Below, piece after piece: positions 16,508 through 18,787 of a stretch of 18,787 nt of DNA. Positions within the stretch are counted from its first letter, which is position 1. Each line of letters opens with the position of its first letter. A program made the translations under genes and the position numbers. The stretch lies in sequence record SRR33789315_141. The stretch is one strand, 5' to 3'. Below the pieces are notes generated by a model. The model was not told the origin of the DNA. It searched no databases and saw only the letters and a list, made by a program, of their open reading frames with translations.

Positions 16508-16726
16508 TTAAGCTTGAGCTGTTGCTTCTTGAGAATCTTCTTCAGAAGTAGATTCTTCAGCTTTCTCTGGTGCTTTTGGCGCTGGAACTTTAATAATTCC
16601 TTCGTCTAAAAGGATTTTGATTTTTTCATTACCGTTAATCCATTTGCCATTAGCGCCTAAAACGCCATAACGACCTGAACGTTTTTTAATTACGGTATAA
16701 GTTTTCGTTTTTTTCACGATTTCCAT
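16508..16726 (-). CDS. Small hypothetical protein, 72 aa, basic N-domain and acidic low-complexity tail
   Basis: Strong SD GGAGG, own terminator; YTVIKKRSGRYGV...WINGNEKIKILLDEGII core followed by a PKAPEKAEE... tail. Confidence 0.8.
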   Translation of the reverse strand: MEIVKKTKTYTVIKKRSGRYGVLGANGKWINGNEKIKILLDEGIIKVPAPKAPEKAEESTSEEDSQEATAQA

Positions 16727-16793
16727 TAATCCTCCAAGTGCAGAATTGATGATGCCATAAAATCCAATGAAATCAACTAGTATTCTTACAGAA

Positions 16794-17351
16794 TTAATTA
16801 ATCATGAGTCTTGCGCACAACATAGACATGAAAGCGAAAAGATAAAATCCAATGCCGCGTATTGCTATCCACCACCAATTGTTTAGGTTAAAGGCTGCAT
16901 AGCCTGTCGCCAAAGCATGTAAGAGCATTCCGATGCCGGTGGTTAGAGTTGTAAGTGTAATAAAGGCCAAATATTGGGGGTTTTGAATATTTTGTCGAAC
17001 TTCGATTGGCAGCATTGCAGCATACTTTTTTATCATTGCCACAAAGACAGGCTCTCCCATGAGCCAGGATATGATCAACCAAGCTCCAAGAGAAAATGAA
17101 ATGAGACTAGGTTGAATTTTAAATATTAATGGAGATTTCTTTTTCCAAGCTAAAAATCCTAAAAATAGAATAAGTAGGAAAGATACAATACTTATTTGAT
17201 CAAGTTCTCCAAATGTGGCCCAACTCCAAATACATTCGATCACTGCTAACGATATAGCAGCTATTAAGCCCGTTTTTAATCCAAAAAAAGAATCGGCTAT
17301 GGCAAAAGCTAGAAGTGGTATTAGGCCAATAATCCATGAAGAACTACTCAT
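16794..17351 (-). CDS. IspZ/YciB (septation protein A)-like inner-membrane protein
   Basis: About 5-6 hydrophobic helices; LIPLLAF...FG, LILFLG...IFKIQPS and GEP motifs resemble the YciB family. ATG 17351 preferred; 17378 and 17387 are alternatives. Confidence 0.6.
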   Translation of the reverse strand: MSSSSWIIGLIPLLAFAIADSFFGLKTGLIAAISLAVIECIWSWATFGELDQISIVSFLLILFLGFLAWKKKSPLIFKIQPSLISFSLGAWLIISWLMGEPVFVAMIKKYAAMLPIEVRQNIQNPQYLAFITLTTLTTGIGMLLHALATGYAAFNLNNWWWIAIRGIGFYLFAFMSMLCARLMIN

Positions 17352-17383
17352 ACTAATAAAATTGATCCTGTATGGCATAAAGG

Positions 17384-17410
17384 TCAAGAATTATTGCTGA
17401 CAACCGATAA
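17384..17410 (+). promoter_or_regulatory. Sigma-28 (FliA)-type promoter, probably leaderless
   Basis: TCAA(17384-17387)-N15-ACCGATAA(17403-17410), then 6 nt to ATG 17417; no SD. Confidence 0.6.
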
Positions 17411-17416
17411 AATCCT

Positions 17417-18787
17417 ATGAAATTAGCTCTCTACTGGCTTCTTTGCGCCAGCCTATTCTCCAGTCAACTCTACGCTAATTGTTTTGATACATTAAATCGT
17501 TTCAGAGTTAGAAAGGCCGTCACAAGCAATATCTTGGTTGAAAACGATGCACGTTTCATGACTCGCTTAAATAAAATTGAAGAGTCTGGCTCATACCTAA
17601 GACGCTTAAGAAAAAATAAATCTCCTGCCATTCATGAAAAAATGAAAAGGCAGCTAGTAAAGCTTGATGGTTATTTATTCACTGGCGACTATGCCACTGC
17701 ACATCGCGAATTAAGACCACTTTTTCGCGAGGTCGAATTTTCAGCTTTGGCCATTAAATCATTAGATGCTCAACTTCAACATGTTAGATCGCTTGATGTT
17801 CGCTCAATTGAGCAGGCAAAAGAAGCCTTGGCAGACATTTCTATTCCTTCACGATTTTGGTTAGATGAAACTTTAAATAAAGCTCAAACTCTTGATGCCG
17901 TCGTTGATGAACTAGTGTTTATTCGCGCTGGTTACGAAAGTAAGCTTGGAAAAAAGTTTCAAGAATACTTGCTAGCTAAAGAACATCTAGAAAGACTTGT
18001 TGAGCCTGGTGCTTGTTCAGCAGAGTGCGCTGAGAGTGTGTCGAGATTGCTTGATTCTTTAGGCGTAAAATATAATTCAGACAGGGTGAGATTTAGTAGT
18101 TTCTTAGAAGCCGGAGATGACTTAACAACAGATGGTATTAGAGATTTAATAGATAACCACCGTGTTGCCGTTATTAATCGTATTAAACATGAGAGAAATG
18201 CAGAGCTTTTTGCTGTCTTTCGTGAGTTTGCAACACAGCCTGCAGTTGTCGAAAAAATAGTTTCACTTCTGGTAGGTATTCCAGGAATGCATAAATTAAA
18301 ATTGGTCAGAGTCTTTAATTTCTTTTTAGATGCAGTCGCTCAGTCAAAACACGTTCCTATTATTAACCAAGTGGTTAGATCTCAAAATGATATTGCCAGT
18401 AAGTTAGATGATCTTTTAATACAAAATGGGAATTTTGGTGGCAACGAACTCTTAATCAGTTTTGCCAGAAGAAACGATCTTGATAGCAAGCGCGTCTGGA
18501 ATCAGCTTGTTTCGTTTGCCGGCGAAAATAATCCTGATATGGCAGATAGACTGTTAAAGGCTGATCAGTTGGCTAGATCTAGAGGTCCCTTAGATTTGTT
18601 ACAAAATAAAACTGTCTTGCCTCGTTGGCTAGTGATGGCAGCATCCGCTGGTGGACTCGGTTATTTTTGGTTTGGGCAAACAAGTTCAGAAATAGAAAGT
18701 ATTGAAATCCCTGAGGATATTCCAAGTAGTGATGGTATTCCAAGAGAAGATGATTTTGTTCAAGATATAGATAGCGTCGTGGATGAA
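17417..18787 (+). CDS. Secreted, mainly alpha-helical hypothetical protein with a late hydrophobic segment; 3' end runs off the window
   Basis: Not in the ORF track; hand translation MKLALYWLLCASLFSSQLYANCFDTLNRF... stays open for 457 codons to the window end; WLVMAASAGGLGYFWF at 18626-18673 followed by an acidic stretch. Confidence 0.8.
   Translation, partial: MKLALYWLLCASLFSSQLYANCFDTLNRFRVRKAVTSNILVENDARFMTRLNKIEESGSYLRRLRKNKSPAIHEKMKRQLVKLDGYLFTGDYATAHRELRPLFREVEFSALAIKSLDAQLQHVRSLDVRSIEQAKEALADISIPSRFWLDETLNKAQTLDAVVDELVFIRAGYESKLGKKFQEYLLAKEHLERLVEPGACSAECAESVSRLLDSLGVKYNSDRVRFSSFLEAGDDLTTDGIRDLIDNHRVAVINRIKHERNAELFAVFREFATQPAVVEKIVSLLVGIPGMHKLKLVRVFNFFLDAVAQSKHVPIINQVVRSQNDIASKLDDLLIQNGNFGGNELLISFARRNDLDSKRVWNQLVSFAGENNPDMADRLLKADQLARSRGPLDLLQNKTVLPRWLVMAASAGGLGYFWFGQTSSEIESIEIPEDIPSSDGIPREDDFVQDIDSVVDE

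Noticed and set aside
1880-17400. Short ORFs in the track at 1880-2098, 3594-3776, 4783-5025, 5193-5417, 5697-5933, 7455-7730, 9353-9544, 9675-10049, 10068-10316, 12456-12641, 13879-14130, 14143-14427, 16888-17082 and 17215-17400
   Set aside because: All lie antisense or out of frame largely within well-supported genes and show no recognisable motifs; treated as shadow ORFs.
1-18787. CRISPR arrays, tRNA/rRNA, riboswitches, IS elements, prophage or defence genes
   Set aside because: No spaced direct repeats or integrase/transposase/nuclease motifs seen by eye; all intergenic gaps are about 150 bp or less and are largely explained by promoters and terminators. An Infernal/Rfam scan would be needed to exclude small RNAs.

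Overview
AT-rich, gene-dense bacterial chromosomal segment with about 20 CDS and no tRNA, rRNA, CRISPR array or mobile element that I can see. Many secreted hypothetical proteins, sigma-28-type CCGATAA promoter motifs and a small beta-barrel OMP suggest a predatory Bdellovibrionota (Bacteriovoracaceae-like) genome; this is inference only. Left to right: a partial fold-type III PLP enzyme (D-threonine aldolase/DSD1-like) divergent from a neutral ceramidase; a secreted hypothetical; a two-gene unit of an LVIVD/choice-of-anchor-B propeller and a His/Met-rich secreted protein; an S8 protease; a small OMP; divergent trmH and a variant trmB-like gene; lipA-lipB; a secreted NTF2/SnoaL protein; a secreted alpha/beta-hydrolase divergent from a transglutaminase-like plus beta-barrel fusion and a YajG-like lipoprotein; a large secreted putative TIM-barrel hydrolase; a 72-aa protein; an IspZ/YciB-like membrane protein; and a partial secreted helical protein with a late hydrophobic segment. 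Best candidates for undescribed biology: (i) the divergent sigma-28-type module encoding a Cys-His-Asn enzyme fused to an outer-membrane barrel plus a secreted lipase-like enzyme, (ii) a ceramidase/PLP-aldolase pair suggesting sphingolipid catabolism, and (iii) a His-lined propeller with a Cu-chaperone-like partner.
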